Assembly (NCBI GenBank): GCA_964520655.1
Contig: CAZFNI010000003.1
Span: 6,220 to 70,219 of the forward strand
Source of the DNA: an uncultured Planctomycetales bacterium
Lineage (GTDB): Bacteria; Omnitrophota; Gorgyraeia; Zapsychrales; Fredricksoniimonadaceae
DNA: 64,000 nt
Reading direction: 5' to 3'
Below the pieces are notes generated by a model. That model was not told the DNA's origin and did not search any database. It saw only the letters and a list, made by a program, of their open reading frames with translations. Below, piece after piece: positions 26,591 through 35,738 of the stretch. Position 1 is the stretch's first letter, and every line of letters begins with the position of its first letter. Both the position numbers and the translations under genes were made by a program.

Positions 26591-28441
26591 ATGCATCAGC
26601 AGCGTAACTCGATCTATATAGCGTTTTTGGCTGTTGCTGGGATCACGGCCCATTTGATCATGCGCTTTGGTTTAGGATCTTCGGCGTATGTGGCATCATG
26701 GCCGTTGTGGGTCACGCTTGCCTTAGGCGGGACTCCGTTGGTGTGGGATCTTCTGCATAAAGCTATCCGTCGTCAATTCGGTTCCGATCAGTTGGCAGGG
26801 ATATCGATCGTGGTCTCCATCCTTTTAGGGGAATATTTAGCCGGTGCCTTAGTTGTGTTGATGTTGTCCGGCGGAGAAGCATTGGAAAGCTTTGCCATTG
26901 AGCGCGCGTCATCAGTCCTGGCGGCGTTGGCCAAACGCATGCCCAATAAAGCCCATCGTCGATCTTCTTCCAGCGATGTTCAGGATGTTTCGATCGACAC
27001 GATCAATGTCGGGGATCATCTGGTAGTTCTTCCACACGAGATATGTCCTGTGGACGGCGAGGTTATTGAAGGTCACGGTTCAATGGATGAATCCTATTTG
27101 ACCGGTGAGCCTTTTATCATTTCCAAGGTCATTGGTTCCCAGGTGTTATCCGGCGCTGTTAATGGCGAGTCGATGATGATGATCAAAGCTGTCAAACGCG
27201 CGGTGGATTCCCGTTACGCCAAGATCATGGAGGTCATGCGCGCCGCCGAGGAAAAACGCCCGCATCTGCAGCGGCTGGGGGATAAGCTCGGGGCGGTCTA
27301 TACCCCTGTAGCGCTTGTGATCGCGGCGGCGGCTTGGGGCCTGACCCATGATCCCATGCGTTTTTTAAGTGTTTTGGTCATTGCCACGCCCTGTCCGCTG
27401 CTGATCGCCATCCCGGTCGCGGTCATTGGATCGATCTCCCTTAGCGCTCGCCGGGGGATCATCATACGCAATCCGGCCATTTTAGAACAGATCGATCATT
27501 GCCATACGATCATCCTCGATAAGACAGGGACGCTGACGTACGGTCGTCCTGTTGTCACGGAGGTTAACTGTTATAACGGTTTTGACAAGTTAACGGTCCT
27601 GCAATTTGCTGCCAGCCTGGAACAGTATTCCAAACATCCGCTGTCGTTCGCGATCGTGGACGCGGCCAGGAAAGATAAGCTGGGGTTTAAGGATATCCGG
27701 CAGATCAGCGAAGCGGCTGGGGAAGGCTTGCGGGGTGTTGTTGACGGACATCAGGTGCTCATTACCAGCCGCGGCAAACTGGTCAAGGCCGGCAAAGAGA
27801 GCTGGTTTAAAGACGTGCCGCAATCCAGTGGTCTGGAATGTATGGTTGTGATCAATGATACGCTGGCGGCTCAGTTGCGTTTTCATGATGAGCCTCGCCG
27901 GGAAGGACAGTCTTTTATCAAACATTTGGGGCCAAGGCATAAGATCGACCGGGTGATGATCGTTTCCGGCGACCGTGAAAGTGAAGTGCGGTATCTGGCA
28001 GATAAAGTTGGGATCGATATGGTATATGCCGGACAAAGCCCGGAGGAAAAAATTGAGATCGTTCGGCGTGAAACGGGGCTAGGCCCGACCATGTATTTGG
28101 GTGACGGCATCAATGATGCGCCGGCGTTGACCGCAGCCACCGTCGGGATCGCTTTCGGCCAGAACAGCGAGATCACCACAGAGGCGGCCGGAGCGGTGAT
28201 CATGGATAGCTCTTTGACCAAGGTGGATGAATTGATGCACATCAGCCGGCGCATGCGTTCCATCGCTTTACAAAGCGCGCTTGGAGGAATGGCATTATCC
28301 ATCGTAGGCATGATGCTTGCGGCCTGTGGGTATTTAACACCTGTGGCGGGAGCAATTGGGCAGGAGATCATTGATGTTTTTGCTGTCTTAAATGCCCTGC
28401 GTGCGGCATTCCCTCCTAAAGATCTGACGGATTTTTCTTAA
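26591..28441 (+). CDS. P1B-type heavy-metal-translocating P-type ATPase lacking an N-terminal metal-binding domain (TPCP motif)
   Basis: 'DKTGTLT' phosphorylation site, 'GDGINDAPAL' hinge, TM6 'ATPCPLLIAIP', 'TGEP' actuator; begins directly with TM helices. Confidence 0.8.
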   Translation: MHQQRNSIYIAFLAVAGITAHLIMRFGLGSSAYVASWPLWVTLALGGTPLVWDLLHKAIRRQFGSDQLAGISIVVSILLGEYLAGALVVLMLSGGEALESFAIERASSVLAALAKRMPNKAHRRSSSSDVQDVSIDTINVGDHLVVLPHEICPVDGEVIEGHGSMDESYLTGEPFIISKVIGSQVLSGAVNGESMMMIKAVKRAVDSRYAKIMEVMRAAEEKRPHLQRLGDKLGAVYTPVALVIAAAAWGLTHDPMRFLSVLVIATPCPLLIAIPVAVIGSISLSARRGIIIRNPAILEQIDHCHTIILDKTGTLTYGRPVVTEVNCYNGFDKLTVLQFAASLEQYSKHPLSFAIVDAARKDKLGFKDIRQISEAAGEGLRGVVDGHQVLITSRGKLVKAGKESWFKDVPQSSGLECMVVINDTLAAQLRFHDEPRREGQSFIKHLGPRHKIDRVMIVSGDRESEVRYLADKVGIDMVYAGQSPEEKIEIVRRETGLGPTMYLGDGINDAPALTAATVGIAFGQNSEITTEAAGAVIMDSSLTKVDELMHISRRMRSIALQSALGGMALSIVGMMLAACGYLTPVAGAIGQEIIDVFAVLNALRAAFPPKDLTDFS

Positions 28442-28460
28442 TAATAGCAGGAAAGGCTAT

Positions 28461-28955
28461 ATGGAGCATATTCAGTATCAGGTAACATCAATGCTTGGGG
28501 CATTATATCTGACGGCATCTGATGCAGGATTGACCGGTGTGTATTTTGAGCGGCAGCCGATGCCTGTTGTGAAACGGTTTAAAGCAGAGTCTGTGGCAAA
28601 ACAGGTGCTGCTGGAAGCGGCGCAGCAGCTTGATGAATATTTTAAGGGAACGCGTAAGCGTTTTGATCTTCGGCTGCGGATGTCGGGGACGGATTTTCAG
28701 CAGCAGGTGTGGCGGGAATTATTGAAGATCCCGTATGGGAGAACTGTGTCTTATAGGGATATCGCGCGGCGGATCGAAAATCCTAAAGCCGTCCGGGCTG
28801 TTGGGGGAGCCAACGGCAGGAATCCTTTTTGTATCATCGTGCCTTGTCATCGGGTGATCGCCTCCGACGGTACGATCGGCGGCTATAGCGGAGGCCTCGG
28901 TATTAAGCGGCGTTTGCTTAAGCTCGAGGGGGTCTCCTGTGATAAAAATTTGTAA
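28461..28955 (+). CDS. ogt: Methylated-DNA--protein-cysteine methyltransferase
   Basis: Active-site 'IVPCHRVI' and 'VSYRDIARRI...AVGGANGRNP' HTH. Confidence 0.8.
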   Translation: MEHIQYQVTSMLGALYLTASDAGLTGVYFERQPMPVVKRFKAESVAKQVLLEAAQQLDEYFKGTRKRFDLRLRMSGTDFQQQVWRELLKIPYGRTVSYRDIARRIENPKAVRAVGGANGRNPFCIIVPCHRVIASDGTIGGYSGGLGIKRRLLKLEGVSCDKNL

Positions 28956-29014
28956 ATCCCCGGGTTTTTTTGTACACTTATTGTAATTGACTTAAATTAA
29001 AGAAAGACATTTGC

Positions 29015-30070
29015 ATGCCTGAATTGTTTGATCCTATCCAGATTGGTGACCTAAAGCTTTCCAACCGCATCATCATGGCGCCGTTGACCCGCTGCCGCAC
29101 CGAGGATGACCGCCGTATCCCGAGTGTGCTCATGGCTCAATATTATGCTCAACGGGCAAGCGCTGGTTTGATCTTAAGCGAAGCCACAGCCGTGTCGCCC
29201 ATGGGAGTTGGCTATCCCAATACACCGGGTATATGGTCCAATGAACAGGTAGAAGGATGGAAGCTGGTGACTAAAGCCGTGCATGATCAGGGTGGATTGA
29301 TCATGCTGCAGTTGTGGCATGTGGGACGTATTTCCGATCCTTATTATTTAAATGGGGAATTGCCTGTCGCTCCAAGCGCGATAGCGCCGCAGGGTTCGGT
29401 CAGTTTGCTTAGGCCCAAGAAGGATTATGTGACCCCAAGGGCTTTGGCGATCAAGGAGATCCCGGGGATCGTTGAGAGTTACCGTCAGGGGGCGCTTAAT
29501 GCCAAGGCTGCTGGTTTTGACGGCGTTGAAGTGCATGGGGCCAATGGCTATTTGCTGGATCAATTCTTACAGGACGGGACGAATAAACGCACTGACGCTT
29601 ACGGCGGGCCTGTAGAGAACAGGGCGCGTTTGATGCTGGAGGTTGTTGACGCGGTTGTTGGTGTGTGGGGCAGGGGCCGAGTCGGTGTCCATATCGCGCC
29701 GCGCGGGGATGCGCAATCCATGTCGGATTCAAATCCTCTGGCGACATTTGGCTATTTGTTGGGGCAGTTAAATAAACGTGGTATCGCTTTTGTATGCGCG
29801 CGTGAACATGCGGGGCCAGGACGTATCGGGCCTGGGTTAAAAAAGATTTTCGGCGGTGTTTATATCGCCAATGAAGGGTTTGACCGGAACACTGCCCAGG
29901 CGCTTTTGGATAGCGGCGAAGCGGATGCAGTGGCGTTCGGGAAGCTGTTTATCGCTAATCCCGATCTGGTCAAACGTTTTGCCGTAAAGGCGCCGCTCAA
30001 TGTGCCGGACGTGGACACGTTCTATGGGGCAGGACAGAAGGGGTATACGGATTATCCGTTGTACGCTTAA
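29015..30070 (+). CDS. NADH:flavin oxidoreductase, Old Yellow Enzyme family (NemA-like)
   Basis: 'LSNRIIMAPLTRCR', 'HGANGYLLDQFL', 'FDGVEVH' OYE motifs. Confidence 0.8.
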   Translation: MPELFDPIQIGDLKLSNRIIMAPLTRCRTEDDRRIPSVLMAQYYAQRASAGLILSEATAVSPMGVGYPNTPGIWSNEQVEGWKLVTKAVHDQGGLIMLQLWHVGRISDPYYLNGELPVAPSAIAPQGSVSLLRPKKDYVTPRALAIKEIPGIVESYRQGALNAKAAGFDGVEVHGANGYLLDQFLQDGTNKRTDAYGGPVENRARLMLEVVDAVVGVWGRGRVGVHIAPRGDAQSMSDSNPLATFGYLLGQLNKRGIAFVCAREHAGPGRIGPGLKKIFGGVYIANEGFDRNTAQALLDSGEADAVAFGKLFIANPDLVKRFAVKAPLNVPDVDTFYGAGQKGYTDYPLYA

Positions 30071-30090
30071 ATAACAGCAAGGAGGCAGTA

Positions 30091-30714
30091 ATGAAGTTCT
30101 TATCACATTCTACAAAGGTTGTTCTATTGATGGCGGCCATGGTTTTATCCACAGCAGGCTTCTTTAGGGTTTATGCGGAAGAAACAGAAGAAGGTTTTAA
30201 GAAATTCACGGTCTATCAGGACAAGCCGTCGAGAAATCATTATTACATTTCCGGGTATATGCCAGACGGGCAATGCGTGGCCATGGATGATGCCTGGCAA
30301 AAGGATTGCCAGGAAGGCCGCAGCTGTATCAAGGCCTATTTCGGTCGAGAATGCGCGACGATGCATCAGGCCTGGGCCGGGGTTTACTGGCTTCATCCGG
30401 CGAATAACTGGGGCGATAGTAAGAGCGGTTACAGCCTAAAGGGAGCTAAGCGTTTGGTGTTCTGGGCTAAGGGTGACAAGGGCGGGGAGACGATCACCTT
30501 TAAGATGGGTGGCGTCGGGATGGGGCATACATTCCCGGATACAGATTCTGCTGGTACGGATCCCATCAAGCTTACCAAGGACTGGCAGGAGTATTCCATT
30601 GATCTGACGGGTAAAAACTTAGAGAGGATCGCCGGCGGTTTTGTCTGGGTGGCCAATGTCAAGGACAACAGCTCGAACGCCACGTTCTATCTGGACAATA
30701 TCTACTACGAATAA
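30091..30714 (+). CDS. Secreted hypothetical protein (beta-sandwich / CBM-like C-terminus)
   Basis: Signal peptide; 4 Cys; C-terminal 'ATFYLDNIYYE'; followed by a hairpin terminator. Confidence 0.4.
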   Translation: MKFLSHSTKVVLLMAAMVLSTAGFFRVYAEETEEGFKKFTVYQDKPSRNHYYISGYMPDGQCVAMDDAWQKDCQEGRSCIKAYFGRECATMHQAWAGVYWLHPANNWGDSKSGYSLKGAKRLVFWAKGDKGGETITFKMGGVGMGHTFPDTDSAGTDPIKLTKDWQEYSIDLTGKNLERIAGGFVWVANVKDNSSNATFYLDNIYYE

Positions 30715-30744
30715 ACACTAAATAAGTTCTAATTAGGCGTATAG

Positions 30745-30790
30745 ACTCCCGCTTGTAATTATTTTACCGGCGGGAGTTTTATTTTTTATT
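30745..30790 (+). terminator. Probable intrinsic terminator after the secreted hypothetical gene
   Basis: ACTCCCGC ... GCGGGAGT stem (17-nt loop) followed by a TTTTATTTTTTATTT run. Confidence 0.45.
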
Positions 30791-30876
30791 TGACAAATAA
30801 CAAAATATTGGTAGATTTGTTTGAGTAAATAAGTTAACTTTTGACGTATTTAAGGCGTTGTGAAAGGAAGGGTGTT

Positions 30877-31203
30877 ATGCGGATCATATTGATGTGGGTT
30901 GCGGTGATGGTGGCAATGCCTTGTGCCTGGGCGCAGGAAGCGGAGTCGGTCACGATCGTTATTAAAGATCACCGGTTTATGCCTGCCGAGGTGGTTGTGC
31001 CAGCCAATCGTAAATTGAAATTGATCATTGATAATCAGGATCCCACACCGGAAGAGTTTGAGAGTTATCCGCTTAATAGAGAGAAGGTTATCAGCGGGAG
31101 AACACAAGGGCTTGTTTATATAGGCCCGTTGGCAAAAGGTGTTTATGAGTTTATAGGAGAATTCCATAAGGAAACAGCCAGAGGTCAGATCGTTGCCAAA
31201 TAA
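30877..31203 (+). CDS. Periplasmic cupredoxin-like domain protein associated with the FTR1 permease
   Basis: Signal peptide MRIILMWVAVMVAMPCAWAQ; ~90-aa beta-rich domain immediately upstream of, and co-oriented with, the FTR1 gene (the ORF-track start at 30841 is upstream). Confidence 0.5.
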   Translation: MRIILMWVAVMVAMPCAWAQEAESVTIVIKDHRFMPAEVVVPANRKLKLIIDNQDPTPEEFESYPLNREKVISGRTQGLVYIGPLAKGVYEFIGEFHKETARGQIVAK

Positions 31204-31212
31204 AGGAGTGTT

Positions 31213-32772
31213 ATGTTCTCAATTGCTTTAGTGTTATTCAGGGAGGTCTTTGAGATCGCATTGATCGTGACCATCCTTTTAGCGGCGACAAAAAGCCTCA
31301 AGCACCGCATCCCGTGGATATTCATTGGGATCGTCTGGGGGATATTGGGTTCATGTTTGATCGCCTTCTTTGCTGATACGATCTCCCAGGCGGCACAAGG
31401 GTTAGGTCAGGAAATATTCAATGCGATCATCCTTTTGACCGCGGCCATATTGATCGGATGGACGACCATCTGGATGACGCGGCATGGCAAGACATTATCC
31501 CAGGAATTCAAGCAGGTTGGCGCGGAGGTTGTCCAGGGCCGAAGGCCCATGTATACCCTGGCTTTGGTGATCGCCTTGGCGACGCTGCGTGAGGGAGCAG
31601 AGATCGTGATGTTCACGTACAGTGCTTTTCTGACGGGAACAAAGGTCCTGGATCTTGTTTTCGGCGGCATCCTGGGGCTTTTCGCGGGGATCAGTATTGG
31701 GATCATTCTTTATTACAGCCTGATGAAGATACCGACAAAGAAGATCTTTGCTGTCACCAGCTGGCTTTTGATCTTTTTGGTCGCTGGCATGGCGGCGCAG
31801 GCGTTTAGCTTTTTGACCGCGGCTGGTGTTGTTCCTGAGATCGTCCCTACCCTCTGGGATACGTCCAGGTTCGTTTCAAGCAGTAGTTTTATCGGTAAAG
31901 TGCTGCATGTGCTGCTGGGCTATACGGATAGGCCATCGGGCATGCAGGTGTTGGTATATTGTTTAACTATTGGAGGATTATCTATGTTCCTTAAGTTGTA
32001 TGGTGAGCTTCCCCAGGCGGCTCTCAAGAAGACATTGACAGCAGTTGTTGTTGGATCGGCATTGCTGGTCATGATGCCAAATAGCGCCCACGCGACCAAG
32101 AAGGTGTATTCGCCTCTTGTTGAAAAAGGGGAGCTTGAGATAGAGGCGAGAGGGCAATATGATATTGATGAACGTGCCGGCAAGGACAATAACCAGAAAC
32201 ATAAGTATGCCGTCGGTTATGGGGTAACCGAACGCTGGTTCACGGAAGTCTATGGGGAATGGGAGCGTGTTAAGAATGACAGTGATGAGGATCTCAATTT
32301 CAAATTCACCGCATTGTCATGGGAAAATCGTTTGCAGTTGACCGATCAGGGGCAATTCCCTGTCGATGTCGGGTTGTATCTGGAATACGAGGCGTCATTT
32401 GAGAATAAGCATCCGGATAATCTGGAGGCCAAATTATTGCTGGAGAAGTCCCTTCCGCATTTTACCCACACGTTAAATCTTTCCCTGGAGCAGAATGTCG
32501 GGCGGCATCCGACCGAGGACTTAGTCGGTGGTCTTGCCTGGTCGAGCAAATACCGTTTAAGGGAGTGGTTCATGCCTGGTGTGGAATGGCATAGCAATTT
32601 CGGCGAGATCGGACAGACGGTCGCGTTTAATGATCAACGTCATCAATACGGCCCGGCCTTTTATGGAAAGATCGGCCAGGTGAAGTATGATGTTGGGTAT
32701 TTGTTGGGCGCCTCCGACGCTGCCCCCAAAGGCGAGATCAAATGGATCGTTGAATACGAATTTAAGTTCTAG
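31213..32772 (+). CDS. FTR1-family high-affinity iron permease fused in frame to a signal-peptide-bearing beta-barrel-like C-terminal domain
   Basis: RExxE motifs 'REVFE' (TM1) and 'REGAE' (TM4) with 7 TM helices in res 1-257; then 'MFLKLYGELPQAALKKTLTAVVVGSALLVMMPNSAHA' (signal-peptide-like, AHA cleavage site) and a ~230-aa alternating-pattern domain ending '...EYEFKF'. Confidence 0.65.
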   Translation: MFSIALVLFREVFEIALIVTILLAATKSLKHRIPWIFIGIVWGILGSCLIAFFADTISQAAQGLGQEIFNAIILLTAAILIGWTTIWMTRHGKTLSQEFKQVGAEVVQGRRPMYTLALVIALATLREGAEIVMFTYSAFLTGTKVLDLVFGGILGLFAGISIGIILYYSLMKIPTKKIFAVTSWLLIFLVAGMAAQAFSFLTAAGVVPEIVPTLWDTSRFVSSSSFIGKVLHVLLGYTDRPSGMQVLVYCLTIGGLSMFLKLYGELPQAALKKTLTAVVVGSALLVMMPNSAHATKKVYSPLVEKGELEIEARGQYDIDERAGKDNNQKHKYAVGYGVTERWFTEVYGEWERVKNDSDEDLNFKFTALSWENRLQLTDQGQFPVDVGLYLEYEASFENKHPDNLEAKLLLEKSLPHFTHTLNLSLEQNVGRHPTEDLVGGLAWSSKYRLREWFMPGVEWHSNFGEIGQTVAFNDQRHQYGPAFYGKIGQVKYDVGYLLGASDAAPKGEIKWIVEYEFKF

Positions 32773-32784
32773 GATGTGTTTGTG

Positions 32785-32818
32785 CCCCTGCCGGAGATAT
32801 TGCCGGCAGGGGTTTTTA
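32785..32818 (+). terminator. Rho-independent terminator after the FTR1-fusion gene
   Basis: 10-bp GC-rich stem CCCCTGCCGG/CCGGCAGGGG, 8-nt loop, then TTTTTAT. Confidence 0.7.
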
Positions 32819-32850
32819 TGTCTTGACTTAATTTATTTTTTGTTTTATAA

Positions 32851-32867
32851 ATAGAAATCATTTCTAT
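32851..32867 (+). promoter_or_regulatory. 17-bp perfect palindrome ATAGAAATCATTTCTAT (Zur/Fur-box-like operator) overlapping -10 and start of zur
   Basis: Perfect dyad centred on C; sits between a TTGACT-N16-TATAAA promoter (32824-32851) and the zur ATG at 32870. Confidence 0.5.
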
Positions 32868-32869
32868 AT

Positions 32870-33283
32870 ATGAAAATGCCGTTATTAGAACAATTAAAAG
32901 CTAAGCATCTTAAGCTGACGCCGAAACGCAAAGCGATCCTGGACTGTTTTTCCGGCGAGAATAAATGTTTGTCTCCTGAGCAGGTGTGGGAGAAGTTAAG
33001 GAAAGATTTCAAACATTTAGGGCTCCCCAGCATTTACCGCAATCTGGAAACATTTGAGAGCTGCGGGATCTTGGTCAAGATCCAGAAAGATGACAGGCGT
33101 TTGTATTACGCGTTGTGCCGAGGTCACGTGAGCGGGCATCACCATCATCATATCGTGTGTGTCCGCTGCGGAAGGGTCGACGAGGTTGACGGTTGCGGCC
33201 TGATGGAAACCGTCAAGGTCAGCGGTTATAAAGTATTGAAGCATTTTGTCCAATTGGAGGGAGTGTGTCCCCAATGCCGTTAA
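32870..33283 (+). CDS. zur: Fur-family metalloregulator, probable zinc uptake regulator
   Basis: Fur-family winged helix (LTPKRKAILDCF...SPEQVWEKL), His-rich 'HHHHHIVCVRCG' and CxxC pairs; immediately upstream of znuACB. Confidence 0.7.
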   Translation: MKMPLLEQLKAKHLKLTPKRKAILDCFSGENKCLSPEQVWEKLRKDFKHLGLPSIYRNLETFESCGILVKIQKDDRRLYYALCRGHVSGHHHHHIVCVRCGRVDEVDGCGLMETVKVSGYKVLKHFVQLEGVCPQCR

Positions 33284-34170
33284 CCTTCAAACAAAATACA
33301 GCTATTGTCCTGATCATGCTGTTGTGTATGCTGCCAGGCGGGGCCTGTCATGCCAAAAGCATTCACGCGGTAGCCACATTTAGCGTGGTGGGAGATATCG
33401 TCCGGCAGGTGGCGGGTGAGGCGGTGGACTTGACTGTTTTGGTAGGGGCCAATGCCGATGCCCATGAGTATGAGCCGACACCGCAGGATGCGGTCATTTT
33501 AAGTCATGCGGATGTCATCTTTGAGAATGGGTTTAAGTTCGAGGGGTGGCTGGATAAATTGTATGCGTCCAGTAACTCCAACGCGCGACGCGTTGTAGTT
33601 TCAGAGGGTGCGCGCGCAAGGACTATGCCGGATAATCCATCCGAGATAGACCCACATGCCTGGCAGAATATACAGAACGGGATCATCTATGCGCGTAATA
33701 TCGCCGCGGCGCTAAAAGAACTTGATCCCTCCCATACGGCGATCTATGAGGCCAATGTCAAAAACTTTGTAGACCGATTAACGCAATTGGATCAATGGGG
33801 CGAGCAGCAGCTCAAAGGGGTCAAGAACAGGACGATCGTCACCAATCATGAAGCGCTGGGCTATTTTGCCGATCGGTATGGCTTTACAATTGCCGGGGCT
33901 GTTATCCCGTCAACAACGACAGAAGCATCGGATCCATCAGCCAGGCAGATGGCGCGTCTGATCGAGGTGATACAGAAAGAACATGTAAGGGCCATATTCG
34001 CGGAAAATGCGTCCAACAGTCAAATGGCGAAAGTGTTGGCTGATCAGGCCGGTGTCAGGGTTGTGCCGGGGCTGTATACGGACGCGTTGGGTACCTCGGA
34101 AAGTAAAGGTTCAACGTATGAGGGGATGATGCGCGCGAACATTCAAACATTCACTGAAAATCTGGAATGA
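33265..34170 (+). CDS. znuA: Metal (Zn/Mn) ABC transporter substrate-binding protein, TroA/ZnuA family
   Basis: Signal peptide; cluster-9 SBP pattern (HAWQN, 'DPHAW', 'NHEALGYFADRYG'); operon context. Confidence 0.7.
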   Translation: MSPMPLTFKQNTAIVLIMLLCMLPGGACHAKSIHAVATFSVVGDIVRQVAGEAVDLTVLVGANADAHEYEPTPQDAVILSHADVIFENGFKFEGWLDKLYASSNSNARRVVVSEGARARTMPDNPSEIDPHAWQNIQNGIIYARNIAAALKELDPSHTAIYEANVKNFVDRLTQLDQWGEQQLKGVKNRTIVTNHEALGYFADRYGFTIAGAVIPSTTTEASDPSARQMARLIEVIQKEHVRAIFAENASNSQMAKVLADQAGVRVVPGLYTDALGTSESKGSTYEGMMRANIQTFTENLE

Positions 34171-34173
34171 TCC

Positions 34174-34923
34174 ATGAAGTTCTCTTATTGTCAGCATCGA
34201 CATAGCCATCCAAACCCCAAAGCGCCGGCGCTTGAGATCAAGGATCTTGCGGTGGCCTATCCATATGCGCAGGATATGGCGATCACAGGGTTGAGCACTC
34301 ATGTTCATGTCGGGGATTCCATTGCTTTGGTTGGTTCCAATGGTGCTGGGAAGTCGACGCTGTTTAAGGCTATCAGCGGTTTGCTGCCCATCCATTCCGG
34401 CAGCATACGCATTTTCGGTCATCCGCTGGGGGCCTGCCATCAACGTGTGGTCTATTTGCCCCAGCACAGCGATGTTGACTGGTCTTTCCCTGTCAGCGTG
34501 TTGGACTTGGTGAGCATGGGCAGATATGTGTACCGCGGCTGGTTTTCTCCTTTACGTAAAAGAGACTGGCATGAGGCTCATGAGGCTCTTAAGCAAATGC
34601 GCATGGATGATCTTTGCGGCCGGCATATCAGCAGTCTTTCCGGTGGACAAAAGCAGCGGGTACTCATCGCGCGGGCATTGGCCCAGCAGGCCGATCTGCT
34701 GCTTTTAGATGAACCTCTCAACGCGGTGGATGCCCAGACGCGTGAGATCGTTGAGGATCTCTTAAAGAAGATCAAGGCGCAAGGCAAGACGGTGCTGGTG
34801 GCCACCCATTATTATGACAGGGAAGAAGGGCGCTATGACGGGGCCATTTATCTTAAAGACGGGACGCAAGTAAATTCAGACATGAAAAAAGACAACCGGC
34901 ACCAGGGATGCGACCACCCATGA
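34174..34923 (+). CDS. znuC: Metal ABC transporter ATP-binding protein
   Basis: Walker A 'GSNGAGKST', signature 'LSGGQKQRVLIARAL', Walker B 'LLLLDEP'. Confidence 0.75.
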   Translation: MKFSYCQHRHSHPNPKAPALEIKDLAVAYPYAQDMAITGLSTHVHVGDSIALVGSNGAGKSTLFKAISGLLPIHSGSIRIFGHPLGACHQRVVYLPQHSDVDWSFPVSVLDLVSMGRYVYRGWFSPLRKRDWHEAHEALKQMRMDDLCGRHISSLSGGQKQRVLIARALAQQADLLLLDEPLNAVDAQTREIVEDLLKKIKAQGKTVLVATHYYDREEGRYDGAIYLKDGTQVNSDMKKDNRHQGCDHP

Positions 34924-35738
34924 TGCATTATTTGACCGATCCATTTCAGTACGCATTTATCCAGCGCGCGGCGCTAGCCGGTATACTCATCGGTGTTCTG
35001 TGCGCGGTCTGGGGGACCTATATTGTCTTAAGGCGCATGGCACTCATCGGGCATGCGTTAAGCCACAGCGCGCTGCCGGGCTTGGTCATCGCGTTCTTGC
35101 TCAAAGGCAGTTTGCCGTTAGGCGCGTTTTTCTCGATCCTGGCGGCGGCGATGGGTATCGGGTTAATGTCGAAAAATGATACGATCAAAGAAGACACCTC
35201 GGGTGGGATCGTCCCCAATGTGATGTTCGCGTTAGGGATCGTAATGATCAGTGCGACTAAATCATTCCGGGATCTTTTTTCCATGTTGTTCGGCAATATT
35301 CTGGCGGTGACCAATGGGGATCTGGTCTTTATTACGGTCGTATTCATTGCTGGTATAGCCACGGCATTGCTGTTCTATAAAGAATTGAAACTGTTTTGCG
35401 TCGACCCGCATTATGCCAAGACCATCGGCATCCCGGTTGAGCGGCTGCGTTTTATAGTGCTGGTCTTTTTATCGTTAACGGTTGTCGTTGGCATCCAGGC
35501 CGTCGGAACGGTGCTGACCAACGCGCTGCTTGTCATTCCGGTCGCGGCCGCCCGGCTTGTGACAGATCGTCTGAACATCATGATGGGGCTGGCCTGTGCC
35601 TTTGCGGTCATTTCCACGTTAGGCGGAGTTTATGCGTCGTATTATTTCGGATTTTCATCCGGGGCCTCGATCGTGCTGGTGTGCGCGGTCGTGTTCACCG
35701 CGGCGTGGGTGTATAAATATTTCAAGCAGAGACCATGA
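34908..35738 (+). CDS. znuB: Metal ABC transporter permease
   Basis: 8 TM helices, ABC-3 family pattern; overlaps znuC. Confidence 0.7.
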   Translation: MRPPMMHYLTDPFQYAFIQRAALAGILIGVLCAVWGTYIVLRRMALIGHALSHSALPGLVIAFLLKGSLPLGAFFSILAAAMGIGLMSKNDTIKEDTSGGIVPNVMFALGIVMISATKSFRDLFSMLFGNILAVTNGDLVFITVVFIAGIATALLFYKELKLFCVDPHYAKTIGIPVERLRFIVLVFLSLTVVVGIQAVGTVLTNALLVIPVAAARLVTDRLNIMMGLACAFAVISTLGGVYASYYFGFSSGASIVLVCAVVFTAAWVYKYFKQRP

